The notes below the pieces were generated by a model that saw nothing but the letters and a program-made list of their open reading frames with translations, did no database searches and was not told the DNA's origin. A program made the position numbers and the translations under genes. Below are positions 1 through 9,482 of a stretch of 64,000 nt of DNA, in pieces. The stretch is from positions 69,404 through 133,403 of the IMG/VR virus record IMGVR_UViG_3300001199_000001. One strand, given 5' to 3'. Within the stretch, counting starts at the first letter, position 1. The number at the start of each line of letters is the position of its first letter. The stretch is from a virus. Its lineage: Duplodnaviria > Heunggongvirae > Uroviricota > Caudoviricetes.

Positions 1-2
1 TG

Positions 3-773
3 AGCGGTTCGGCTAAGGTCTTTGTCTCACTCCTAGCCGATAACATCATCCCCATGGCGGGGAACTATGCACAATGGCAGGCTGTCCCACAGGTTACGAC
101 GGTCACGGGTACCCTTACGGGATGGGCGGCGCCGACGCTGGTCGGGACCGGCGGCACGGTCACTCCGGCCGTAACTAACTATTTCACAACGCAGCACCGC
201 TCATCGATCACTAGCGCCACCACCGCCAACGCCTGGGCCGAGATGCGTATCGCCAACGGCCTTTACACCTTTGGCGCCGTCACCAACGCGATGGGTTCCG
301 GTTTTGTTTTCCTAGGACGGTTCGGTATCTTCACGACGGTGACCAACATGCAGATCATGTGTGGCATGGGTCCCACAGGTGCATGGAACGCGGCTGTCGC
401 CACTCAGACGAACGCCATATGGGTGGGGAAAGTAGCTGCGGACACGACTCTTGGTTTCTACACGAATGATGGATCGGGCACAGCGACAAAACAGGCAGAC
501 TTTGGAGCGAACTTCCCGACACCAACCGGTGGTGATGACTTTTACGAAGTCATGATCGAATACGATCCGCGTGACAGTTCCGTCGATGCGTACATCACCC
601 GGTATGCTACAGATTCTGGCGGCGTTCGTATTTTTCACCAAGGCGCAACCGCATCTACCGATCTCCCAGCGGCTGGCACGGCGTTATACCCGCATATGGG
701 GGCCGGATTGACCTCCACGACGGGCACGGCCTGTGTTTTCCACCCTCAGACCATGCAAGTCCGGACCTTCTAA
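3..773 (+). CDS. Virion fibre/appendage protein, 5'-truncated by the window
   Basis: The frame is open from base 3 (SGSAKVFVSLLADNII...), resembling the end of a common phage fibre N-terminal domain. The C-terminal domain (GFVFLGRFGI...FYEVMIEY...DLP...LYPHM) resembles domains in the tail-fibre genes at 44.9-54.8 kb. Confidence 0.6.
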   Translation, partial: SGSAKVFVSLLADNIIPMAGNYAQWQAVPQVTTVTGTLTGWAAPTLVGTGGTVTPAVTNYFTTQHRSSITSATTANAWAEMRIANGLYTFGAVTNAMGSGFVFLGRFGIFTTVTNMQIMCGMGPTGAWNAAVATQTNAIWVGKVAADTTLGFYTNDGSGTATKQADFGANFPTPTGGDDFYEVMIEYDPRDSSVDAYITRYATDSGGVRIFHQGATASTDLPAAGTALYPHMGAGLTSTTGTACVFHPQTMQVRTF

Positions 774-3700
774 GTGATCGGGGGCTATCCCGTTGGCAGC
801 GCTCCTGTTGGGGCGGCTTCTCGTGACCTTACCCAAACGGTAAGGCCGACGGCTACCTATGTCGGTAAAGACAGCGTAACTCCTAATGATTGGGCGAGCC
901 CCACCCCTGGTTTCCATACCGGCGGCGTGCGTACTGCTGCGCCGTCGCAGGCCACTGCTAATTTCCCCACCCCTATTCTTTACACGCCCGAAGGCTCAGA
1001 GGCGAAACTAACGCCGGGCCTTTTGGATACCATCCCGGCTAACACCGATTTCGTGGTGAAGGTCGCCGCAAAGCATTATGAAGCTAATGCGGGCATCGAC
1101 ATTATCGTTGATTGGGGCACGGACTCCGAGGTTTGGTTCGGCAACGACATCCAAACCCCTACGACGTTCATCAATGATACGAACTTCAGTACGTCGTCAC
1201 CACACAGCACGCTCATCACGTCCTCTATCGACGGTGACGGCTACCTAACCCTGGCCTATCGCTATAACGTCCCTAGCGAGGTTGTGTCTGTCCGTGTGAA
1301 CGGGACCAACTCTAATATAGATACCGTTACCCGGTCAGTCTATCTCGGCGGCGTTCAGGTCACTATAGGTTCCGACGACGAACCGTGGTTTAACGTCGGT
1401 GACTCGTACACGACCAACGCCTTCGGCTCGCCTACCGCCAGCGTTAGGTCCGAGCCGTCGTCGGCGACAACGACGAACGACTTCGGCTCGCCTACCGTTG
1501 TTGATACAACCCAGTCGGTCACTGCGTCGTCGGCGACAACGACCAATGACTACGGTACCTACGTAATTAGCAATGAGGCCGCGCAGCAGTTTGCGCCGTC
1601 GTCGGCGACAACGACGAACGACTTCGGTTCGCCTAACGTCCAAAACGCAACGATCCAGCCGTCGTCGGCGACAACGACCAATGACTACGGCTCGCCTACA
1701 GTCCAGTACCCCCCACAAACTATTAGCGTCACGTTAGACCAGCATACCGGTCTTGTCGGCTTCGGTGCTATCGGTCAGGCCTCTCTCGGTGACATCCGCT
1801 TCGCGCATGGTGTCACAGGTAATCAGTTTGGCTCACCTGCGCTCTCTCTCGGAACATCGTCTTTTGAAATCGCAGCTACATCTGCGACAACCACCAACGC
1901 GTTCGGTACGCCGAACGTTCAAAATGCCACCATCCAGGCATCTGGCGCGGCGAACACCAGCCTATTCGGTACCACTGTCCTTACGACCGGTGCGGTCACG
2001 GTCTCGCCCACAAGTGCGACGACAACTAATGCTTTCGGTACAGAGGTTCTGACGACCGGCGCCGTTAGCGTCACACCTGATTCGTCGACGACCACCAATA
2101 CCTTCGGCACTACTGTCCTGACGACCGGCGCCGTCAGCATCACACCTGATTCGGCGACGACCACCAACGCGTTCGGTACTACGGTCCTAACGACCGGAGC
2201 CGTGACCGTCACGCCGGACTCGGCGACGACTACAAACGCCTTCGGTGCGCCGACATTTTCTCCCGACGCGATTAGCGTAACGGCGGACTCGGCGACGACC
2301 ACCAATGCCTTCGGTACTGCCGTCCTAACGACCGGCGCGGTAGATGTTTCTCCGACATCGGCGACGACCACAAACGCGTTCGGCACAACGGTCGTCACGA
2401 CCGGTGCGGTCTCTATCTCCCCCACAAGCGTAGTCGATAAGGTCCCTTCCGCCCTTACGGACACGTTCGGTGATGGGCTGTCGAATTCTGGCGGCTACAC
2501 CACGGTAGCAATCGACACTATAGGTTCGTTCACTAAGACAACGCCTAATGATGGAAATACCAGACAAGTAGATACTATACAGTTCTCAACCGTGCGGACG
2601 GGAATGACTGGCACCGCAACGGTCCGCGCCGTAATATACACGAGCAATGGCAGCCATAATCCGGTAACACTCGTCGGTTATAGTGCTGATCAGTCGATAG
2701 CAGCTAGTTATGTAGGCGCGACTACCTTTACGTTCTCCACGCCGCCTGTACTCGCCCCCAACACGGAATATCACTTCGGTCTCCATATCTCTGGGGGACA
2801 GGTTGGTTTGCGTCTCCCGGCTTCAGTGACCGAGTATTACCGCGAGTTCGCGGACTCCTACGCAGACGGCCCGGCCTCAACTGCTTCTAGCCCAACTACT
2901 TCCGCGAATGCGTATGCCAGGATGCTCGTCAACACGACGGTTCTGTCAGATGCCTTTGGTTCACCAAATGTCCAGCCTGCGACAATCCAGGCATCAGGCT
3001 CGGCAAACACCAGTCTGTTCGGTACGCCCGAACTAGACCGCACTATCCCTCTCACAGGGATTGCGAGCGCCAACGCCTTCGGATCGCCTAACGTTCAAGG
3101 CGCAACGATCCAGGCATCAGGCGCGGCCAACACCAGTCTCTTCGGCACGCCGGAACTAGACCGCACGATCCCGCTGTCGGGCATTGCTAGCACCAACGCC
3201 TTCGGCTCACCGAATATCCAAGGCGCTACCATCCAGGCGACCGGTTACGCTAACGTTAATGCGTTCGGTACCCCGGATGCCCAGAACGCTACGATCTTCG
3301 CTGACGGTGCCGCCGACGCCGACCTGTTTGGTGCGCCAAGCTTCGCTACGGGCGAGGTCATCGTCACCGCCAGCGGCCTGTCCGATGGCGATAACTTCGG
3401 CTCACCTTCTATTACGACCGGTGAAGCCTCCGTTCCGGTCGACGGCTATGCGAATACCAACGCGTTCGGCTCACCATCCATCGCCGTCGGTGAGGTTATT
3501 GTCACCGCGAGCGGTCTGCTGGACGGCGATACCTTTGGCTCGCCTACGGTCACCACCGGAGCCGTCACGGTTACCATTGATGGCTATGAGAACGTTGTTG
3601 CTTTCGGCTCGCCGAACGTCACGACGGGCGAAGTCATCGTCACGGCGAGCGGTCTTCTGGATGGCGATACGTTCGGCTCCCCGACAATCAGCGTCGGAGC

Positions 3701-6700
3701 CGCCACGGTCTCCCCGACCGGCTATGAGAACGTCAATTCATTCGGAGCGCCGGTACTAAATACAGGCGAGGTGATCGTCACCGCCAGTGGACTGCTGGAT
3801 GGTGATGCTTTCGGTACGCCGTCGCTCACCGTTGACGCGGTTACGATCTCGGCCGACGGCTACGCCCTCACGAACGCTTTTGGATCGCCGAATGTCCAAG
3901 GTGCGACCATTCAGGCGAATGGCGCCGCCCATTCCAACGCCTTCGGCACTCCCGATGCGCAGAACGCCACTATCGCCGCGAATGGTGCGGCTGATGGTGA
4001 CGCCTTCGGGGCTCCCGTCCTTACGACTGGCGAAGTCACCGTCACAGCGACCTCGGCGACAACTAACAACGCCTTCGGTACGCCGAACGCTCAGAACGCT
4101 ACGTTCCAAGCAACCTCAGCGACGACGACCAACGTCTTTGGAACGCCGAACGCCCAGAACGCCACGTTCCAGGCCAGCGGCGAAGCCCATACGAACGCCT
4201 ACGGTTCACCGACGATCACCACTTCGGTCGATGTCGCCGTCACCTCCGCGACCACGACAAATGCCTTTGGTACGGCGCAGCTTAATCTCAATATCACGCC
4301 TTCTTCGGTCGACGACGCCACGGATGTCTACGGTACGCCAACCGTCGCAAATGAAGGCGCCGCCGAAATTCTGGCGACCTCGGCGACAACTACAAACGCT
4401 TTCGGCGCGCCCGTCCTTACAGCAGGGGCCGTCACGGTTTCTGCGACTTCGGCGACGACGACCAACGCCTTCGGCTCGCCCAGCCTCGCTTATGTCATCT
4501 CCCCGGATGCAATAGCTTCGACCAACGCATTCGGCACGCTGACCACTATATATAACGTCACGCCGACCTCAGCGACGACAACCAACGCCTTTGGGACCCC
4601 GGCCTACGACACCTCCGTCAACGTAACTGCTGTCGGCGACACCGACGCGGATAACTTCGGCGCGCCGACGATCACAACCGGTGAGGTGTCCGTCTCGCCG
4701 GATGGAATAGCTAGCGGGGTTCTTTATGGCTCGCCGATTGTCACGGCGGGCGAGATTTATGTCGCCCCGATAGCGATCCCCGATACGAACCTCTTTGGGT
4801 CGCCCCAGCTTGACCTGACGATCTACCTACAAGGCGAAGCCGACGCTGACGCCTACGGCACGGCGGTGGTTGCCCTCGAAGTCACGCCGTCGTCGATCAC
4901 AAACACCAGCGCGTTCGGCTCGCCCCAGCTTGATCTGTCGATTTTCCCAACAGCGTTGGCCTCGACGACCTCAGTCTCCAACGTCTCGGTCAGTAACGAA
5001 GCTGCCCAGGATATTTCGGCGACCCCGGCGACGACCACCAACGCCTTCGGTACGCCGGTCCTAGCGTCGACCTATGACATCGCCGCGACCTCGGCGACGA
5101 CCACCAACGCGTTTGGTGATCCCACCGTCACACCGACCTACGATATCGCCGCGACCTCGGCGACGACCACGAATGCGTTTGGCTCGCCAAATCTGCATCT
5201 GGCGATCTTCCCGAACGCCCTGGAGTCAACTGCGGTTGCCTCAAGCCCGACTGTTACGAGCGAAGCAGCCCAGGTTATCGGCGCAACCAGTGCGACGACA
5301 ACAAACGCCTTCGGTTCACCAACGGTTCAAGCTGGCGCAGTCTCTGTCACGCCTGATAGCGCCACATCGACCAACGCCTTCGGTACGCCCTCGCTCTCTT
5401 ACGTCGTTTCTCCCAACGCCATCGCCTCCACGGCGGCGTTCGGTGAGCCGACGCTTGAAGTTCACCTCTATCCGAACACGATTGTTAGCACCAACGCCTT
5501 CGGTGACCCCGCTTACTCCACCAGCATTGATGTCGTGGCGGTCGGTGATACTGACGGCGACCTGTTTGGTGATCCGACGATCACGACTGGCGAAGTCACG
5601 GTTGAACCGAATGGCCTGTCTTCCACCATCGCCTACGGCTCGCCGTTGGTCCTTGGTGACACCGTATACGTCGTTGCGCTGTCGGTCGATAACGTCAATG
5701 CATTCGGCTCCCCGCAACTAGACCTATCGATCTTCGCCGACGGCGTAGCGAGCGCCACCTTCGTTACACCGGTCAGGGTCGATTTCGATGTTCTGCCTGA
5801 TGGGATTGAGCACGCAAACGACTTTGGCGCGCCTGCGGTCGATCACACCATATTCATCGACGGCTACGCCAATACCAATAACTTCGGTAACGCTTCTATC
5901 GTTTCCGATCCCGGCTATACGATTGAAGCGACCTCCGCGACGACAACAAACGCGTTCGGTGCGCCTGATATTCAGCGCGGTGCGGTCACGATCACGCTGG
6001 ATGCAATCGCCTCGACCACGGCGTACGGATCGCCGAGCCTAACAGCCGGAGATGTGACGGTAGCCGCTAACGGCGCCGCGCACACAAATACCTTTGGAGC
6101 ACCGACGCTCACAACGGGTGAAGTAACGCTTTCGCCTGATGGCATCGCTTCCACAACAGCGTTCGGTTCGGTCAGCGTCGAGCGCGGTGCGGTCGCTATC
6201 ACGCCGGATGGCATCGAATCGGTAACTGCTCTCGGTTCTCCGGCCGTCACGGTCGATGTTGTTAATATTGCGCCTAACGGCGTCCCCTCAACGGTATCCT
6301 TCGGCGACGCGACGGTTAACCGAGGCGACGTGACGGTCACGGTCGCCTCGGCCGAGACTGTTAATGCCTTCGGCTCGCCGACGGTGGACGCCGCCGAAGC
6401 CGACCAAATTTATGCAGAGAGCGCGCCGACAACCAATGCGTTCGGCTCGCCTACGGTTCAGGTAGGCGATGCCCTGGTCGAGCCTTCAGGGGCGGCTAAT
6501 GACAACGCCTTCGGGGAGCCCCGCCTAGACCTTTCAGTCTATCCGGACACCATCGCAGAGGCCACCGCTTTTGGGGCTCCCACGGTCGTCCCAGCCTTCT
6601 CCGTGTACCCGGCAGGCATTGAAGCCGGTAACGTCTTCGGCACGCCTGCCTACGGCTACATTATATCCCCTGCCGCGATCTCTGACGCCGACGATTACGG

Positions 6701-6824
6701 CACACCGCAGGTCGCTAACGAGAATCGGGACATCACCGGTTTCGCCGATCCCGACGGATTCGGCAATCCCGCGATCATCCGCCTAAATGGATATGGCCGT
6801 CGTCGTAGGCTGATGATTAACTAG
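774..6824 (+). CDS. 2016-aa repeat-rich virion filament/fibre protein
   Basis: GTG start, N-terminal IGGYPVGSAPVG motif, dozens of ~20-23-aa (S/A)ATTTNAFG(S/T)P repeats, and one inserted globular domain (~2440-2950). Confidence 0.75.
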   Translation: MIGGYPVGSAPVGAASRDLTQTVRPTATYVGKDSVTPNDWASPTPGFHTGGVRTAAPSQATANFPTPILYTPEGSEAKLTPGLLDTIPANTDFVVKVAAKHYEANAGIDIIVDWGTDSEVWFGNDIQTPTTFINDTNFSTSSPHSTLITSSIDGDGYLTLAYRYNVPSEVVSVRVNGTNSNIDTVTRSVYLGGVQVTIGSDDEPWFNVGDSYTTNAFGSPTASVRSEPSSATTTNDFGSPTVVDTTQSVTASSATTTNDYGTYVISNEAAQQFAPSSATTTNDFGSPNVQNATIQPSSATTTNDYGSPTVQYPPQTISVTLDQHTGLVGFGAIGQASLGDIRFAHGVTGNQFGSPALSLGTSSFEIAATSATTTNAFGTPNVQNATIQASGAANTSLFGTTVLTTGAVTVSPTSATTTNAFGTEVLTTGAVSVTPDSSTTTNTFGTTVLTTGAVSITPDSATTTNAFGTTVLTTGAVTVTPDSATTTNAFGAPTFSPDAISVTADSATTTNAFGTAVLTTGAVDVSPTSATTTNAFGTTVVTTGAVSISPTSVVDKVPSALTDTFGDGLSNSGGYTTVAIDTIGSFTKTTPNDGNTRQVDTIQFSTVRTGMTGTATVRAVIYTSNGSHNPVTLVGYSADQSIAASYVGATTFTFSTPPVLAPNTEYHFGLHISGGQVGLRLPASVTEYYREFADSYADGPASTASSPTTSANAYARMLVNTTVLSDAFGSPNVQPATIQASGSANTSLFGTPELDRTIPLTGIASANAFGSPNVQGATIQASGAANTSLFGTPELDRTIPLSGIASTNAFGSPNIQGATIQATGYANVNAFGTPDAQNATIFADGAADADLFGAPSFATGEVIVTASGLSDGDNFGSPSITTGEASVPVDGYANTNAFGSPSIAVGEVIVTASGLLDGDTFGSPTVTTGAVTVTIDGYENVVAFGSPNVTTGEVIVTASGLLDGDTFGSPTISVGAATVSPTGYENVNSFGAPVLNTGEVIVTASGLLDGDAFGTPSLTVDAVTISADGYALTNAFGSPNVQGATIQANGAAHSNAFGTPDAQNATIAANGAADGDAFGAPVLTTGEVTVTATSATTNNAFGTPNAQNATFQATSATTTNVFGTPNAQNATFQASGEAHTNAYGSPTITTSVDVAVTSATTTNAFGTAQLNLNITPSSVDDATDVYGTPTVANEGAAEILATSATTTNAFGAPVLTAGAVTVSATSATTTNAFGSPSLAYVISPDAIASTNAFGTLTTIYNVTPTSATTTNAFGTPAYDTSVNVTAVGDTDADNFGAPTITTGEVSVSPDGIASGVLYGSPIVTAGEIYVAPIAIPDTNLFGSPQLDLTIYLQGEADADAYGTAVVALEVTPSSITNTSAFGSPQLDLSIFPTALASTTSVSNVSVSNEAAQDISATPATTTNAFGTPVLASTYDIAATSATTTNAFGDPTVTPTYDIAATSATTTNAFGSPNLHLAIFPNALESTAVASSPTVTSEAAQVIGATSATTTNAFGSPTVQAGAVSVTPDSATSTNAFGTPSLSYVVSPNAIASTAAFGEPTLEVHLYPNTIVSTNAFGDPAYSTSIDVVAVGDTDGDLFGDPTITTGEVTVEPNGLSSTIAYGSPLVLGDTVYVVALSVDNVNAFGSPQLDLSIFADGVASATFVTPVRVDFDVLPDGIEHANDFGAPAVDHTIFIDGYANTNNFGNASIVSDPGYTIEATSATTTNAFGAPDIQRGAVTITLDAIASTTAYGSPSLTAGDVTVAANGAAHTNTFGAPTLTTGEVTLSPDGIASTTAFGSVSVERGAVAITPDGIESVTALGSPAVTVDVVNIAPNGVPSTVSFGDATVNRGDVTVTVASAETVNAFGSPTVDAAEADQIYAESAPTTNAFGSPTVQVGDALVEPSGAANDNAFGEPRLDLSVYPDTIAEATAFGAPTVVPAFSVYPAGIEAGNVFGTPAYGYIISPAAISDADDYGTPQVANENRDITGFADPDGFGNPAIIRLNGYGRRRRLMIN

Positions 6825-6896
6825 CCGTGTCACTTATGATGACAATGTTTGTTAGAATCCTTGACATAACCGCCGTGTTGTGGCAAGGTTCCCGAC

Positions 6897-7145
6897 ATGC
6901 TCAAGACCGTCTACCATCCTGAGACTAACGAACCCTTCGAACTCCCTGAGGCGAAGGCGAACAAGCTCGTGCTCCAAAAAGGATGGCTTCAGACTCCAAT
7001 CGATCCTACCGCGATCCCGGCGGTTCAGGATGTTGAGCGTCCGCGTCGAGGGAAAAAGACTCCGGAAGTCGAAATCGTTGACGAACCAGTCGTAGTTGAC
7101 TGGCGAGGTAGCGACGAACTTCCCGAGGATGACGCCGACGCTTGA
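6897..7145 (+). CDS. Hypothetical protein, 82 aa
   Basis: ORF with plausible codon usage after TTGACA at 6861; acidic tail. Confidence 0.65.
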   Translation: MLKTVYHPETNEPFELPEAKANKLVLQKGWLQTPIDPTAIPAVQDVERPRRGKKTPEVEIVDEPVVVDWRGSDELPEDDADA

Positions 7146-7170
7146 CGCGTCGCCAATAATCTTTTATACA
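7142..7170 (+). promoter_or_regulatory. sigma70-type promoter for tRNA-Trp/Gly
   Basis: TTGACG-N17-TATACA, 13 nt upstream of tRNA-Trp. Confidence 0.65.
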
Positions 7171-7183
7171 TTGTCAACACCTC

Positions 7184-7259
7184 GTCGGTCTAGCTCATGG
7201 GGTAGAGCGGGAGCCTCCAAAACTCCGCGCGCAGGGTTCGAGTCCCTGGTCCGGCGCCA
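7184..7259 (+). tRNA. trnW: tRNA-Trp(CCA)
   Basis: Cloverleaf, loop CT-CCA-AA, TTCGAGT T-loop, CCA end. Confidence 0.92.
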
Positions 7260-7260
7260 T

Positions 7261-7334
7261 GCGAGTATAGCACAAAGGTAGTGCAGCAGCCTTCCAAGCT
7301 GAGGATGCCGGTTCGAGTCCGGCTACCCGCTCCA
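7261..7334 (+). tRNA. trnG: tRNA-Gly(TCC)
   Basis: Cloverleaf, loop CT-TCC-AA, U73, CCA end. Confidence 0.95.
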
Positions 7335-7414
7335 ATTCGAAAGGCGGATTATGTCCGTAGAAATGAACGTCTCCATCATGTGCGCACGGGTTGCGCCCGT
7401 CAATGGAGAAGAAA

Positions 7415-7648
7415 ATGGAACTGTATATTCCTTGTGAATGCCATAGTGTGGATCATGTGGTCCGCTTTACTAAAGACGAAGAATGGGGCGTGTACGTTAA
7501 CGTCCAACTCGATCCGTATCTTCCTTTTTGGCGTAAGGTATGGGTCGCTTTAAAATACGTCTTCGGACACTATGAGCAGTGTCATTGGGCTGAATGCGTT
7601 CTGACCGATGATACACGAGATAAGGTGGTGGAGTTTCTTCGCCGCTAG
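7415..7648 (+). CDS. Hypothetical protein (MELYIPCECH...)
   Basis: GGAG RBS before ATG 7415. Confidence 0.7.
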   Translation: MELYIPCECHSVDHVVRFTKDEEWGVYVNVQLDPYLPFWRKVWVALKYVFGHYEQCHWAECVLTDDTRDKVVEFLRR

Positions 7649-7659
7649 AAAGAATTACC

Positions 7660-7985
7660 GCCGCGTCGACCCGAAAGGGGAAAAACGCTAGAAGCGCGCT
7701 TCTAAGATCAGACCCCGCAAGGGATTCATTTCGGCTGCGGCTTGAATGGATGGGATGTAGTCCTACCTGCTGGCGGTAAAACATATGCGTCGGGTGTCCT
7801 CCTCTCGTACCGAGAAACCGTGCTGGCCGTACGGGAAGTGTAGGTTGATGCGGCCCCGTCCACGCCGACGACAGCACCGACAAGGCCATACGGTCGGTGG
7901 TCTGTCGTCGGTCACAGTGGATAGCTGGTTCGGGCTAGTGACAATGGTGTAGGGACCCACAAGGTGCCTATTGCATCACCCGAGT
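7660..7985 (+). ncRNA. Candidate structured ncRNA
   Basis: ORF-poor region with GNRA hairpins (7670-7679, 7714-7723), a 17-bp interrupted stem (7865-7911) and a long-range pair 7790-7796/7977-7983. Confidence 0.45.
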
Positions 7986-7990
7986 ATTTT

Positions 7991-8064
7991 GCGGATGTAG
8001 CTCAATGGTAGAGCACGGCGTTGCCAACGCACCGACGAGGGTTCGATTCCCTTCTTCCGCTCCA
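7991..8064 (+). tRNA. trnG: tRNA-Gly(GCC)
   Basis: Cloverleaf, loop TT-GCC-AA, CCA end. Confidence 0.93.
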
Positions 8065-8070
8065 ACCTTC

Positions 8071-8099
8071 TTGACAGTGGTCAACACATTGTGTATGTT
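8071..8099 (+). promoter_or_regulatory. sigma70-type promoter (near-leaderless mRNA)
   Basis: TTGACA-N17-TATGTT; ATG 8 nt downstream with no SD. Confidence 0.65.
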
Positions 8100-8107
8100 G
8101 ACCGCCG

Positions 8108-8578
8108 ATGGAAATCTTGGATTGCTATTCCCGTAGCCCCGATCCGGTTGGTAAAGGGTTATCGAATTTGATCGTACGGCATTTCGTTTTTGACGATATC
8201 GCCTGCGTTTCGATGGAAGGATGGCTGCAAAGCCTCAAATTCGAGGACCCGGAATTTCAGCGCGAGGTCGCGCAGCTTTCCGGGTATCTCGCCTTCAAGA
8301 CCGGACAGACGGGCAACGCCTGGAAACTCCGGCAGACTTTATTCTGGAAGGGTGTGGAATATCCACGGGCTTCCTTAGACTATCAGGAACTGCTCACCCG
8401 CGCGTACGACGCGCAGTATGATCAGTCTCCGGATTTAAAAGACTGTCTATGGTTGTCGATAGGTCAAGCCCTACGGCACACCATGGGAAAACACGATACC
8501 CGAGACACGGTCTTGACCGAGTCCGAGTATATCAGGCAACTGGATCGCCTCCGCTGGCGGCGATACCATAACGAGTGA
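8108..8578 (+). CDS. NADAR/YbiA-like protein (T4 gp30.3 type)
   Basis: LSN...F.FD...C.SMEG.LQSLKF...W...QTL.WKG.EY.R.S..YQ.LL.RAY motif pattern. Confidence 0.8.
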   Translation: MEILDCYSRSPDPVGKGLSNLIVRHFVFDDIACVSMEGWLQSLKFEDPEFQREVAQLSGYLAFKTGQTGNAWKLRQTLFWKGVEYPRASLDYQELLTRAYDAQYDQSPDLKDCLWLSIGQALRHTMGKHDTRDTVLTESEYIRQLDRLRWRRYHNE

Positions 8579-8636
8579 AGCGCATGTGCGAGATCGTCAT
8601 CTTCCGTTGAGGTAATTACCTCAACGGAGAAGTCAA

Positions 8637-9239
8637 ATGTCTACCCGCGACTGGAGCCGTCTTGGCCCCGTGTCCGTGCGGTCGTATACTACTGAACGCC
8701 GCTCGTTTGGGCGGTCCTTCACGTATGAATACGTCCCTATCATCAAACATTATATCAGCTTTGCTGAGGCGGTCATTGCCGTGGGCTACACCCACGTCAT
8801 GGCCCTTCAGTATGACCGCCCGAAGAATATGTATCTTCTTGCGCCGGGTGACGACTATCAGTTCCTTGATGAACTGGGCTTTGTCATTCCGGTATGGCGC
8901 GTCAAGCAAGAAGCCCTGAGCCTTTCCGAAAAGGAATGGAGCAAGGCTCCTCGTTGGATGCGCCCACGGTGGTCGCGTCGTCGCGACTTCGTTTTCCGTC
9001 GTGGGCCTGTTGAAGGGATTCGATGCTACCGGGGTGGGGGCGGGTGGCAAAGGGCCATTCGTACTCACGCTGAAATCCGAGAGAACGAGGCTCTGTATTT
9101 TGACGCTGACGCAAAGGAAGTTGGTATCGAACCGCGCGGTCATCGGCGTAATCTCCGCACTAGCTGGGATGACCCCGGCAGGAGCGACCACGATGTACGT
9201 TCTTGGAAGAAGCACCGCAAAACCCAGTGGAGAGCGTGA
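8637..9239 (+). CDS. Conserved basic phage hypothetical protein
   Basis: 200 aa; Arg/Trp-rich C-terminus (RGPV.G...SWDD...RSWKKHRKTQW). Confidence 0.75.
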   Translation: MSTRDWSRLGPVSVRSYTTERRSFGRSFTYEYVPIIKHYISFAEAVIAVGYTHVMALQYDRPKNMYLLAPGDDYQFLDELGFVIPVWRVKQEALSLSEKEWSKAPRWMRPRWSRRRDFVFRRGPVEGIRCYRGGGGWQRAIRTHAEIRENEALYFDADAKEVGIEPRGHRRNLRTSWDDPGRSDHDVRSWKKHRKTQWRA

Positions 9240-9478
9240 TGGGCAGTTGGAATTATCGATTCGTGCGTATCCCCAACGAGGGCTGTGAAGGTGGCTATGA
9301 ATACGGCCTTCGCGAGGTCTACTACGACGAAGAAGGCACGCCTACGATGATGAGCGCCGAAGACACTACATTAGGGTCTGAGTGCCTAGACGACCTGACT
9401 GACATTCTGGAAAGAGTGTTGGCCAGCCACAAAAAGCTCGGTGTGTTTATTCCACCGGAAACATGGATGAAGGACTAA
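9239..9478 (+). CDS. Hypothetical protein (MGSWNYRF...LREVYYD)
   Basis: ATG overlaps the upstream TGA; WNYR...EVYYD pattern typical of small phage proteins. Confidence 0.75.
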   Translation: MGSWNYRFVRIPNEGCEGGYEYGLREVYYDEEGTPTMMSAEDTTLGSECLDDLTDILERVLASHKKLGVFIPPETWMKD

Positions 9479-9482
9479 GGAT

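Noticed and set aside
774-6824. DNA repeats as a CRISPR array or DGR template
   Set aside because: The repeats are in-frame, degenerate at third positions and encode a protein repeat. There are no spacers, cas genes or reverse transcriptase.
7142-7334. Leader peptide for the Trp/Gly tRNAs
   Set aside because: The promoter is 13 nt from tRNA-Trp with no intervening ORF, so this group appears to lack a sensor.
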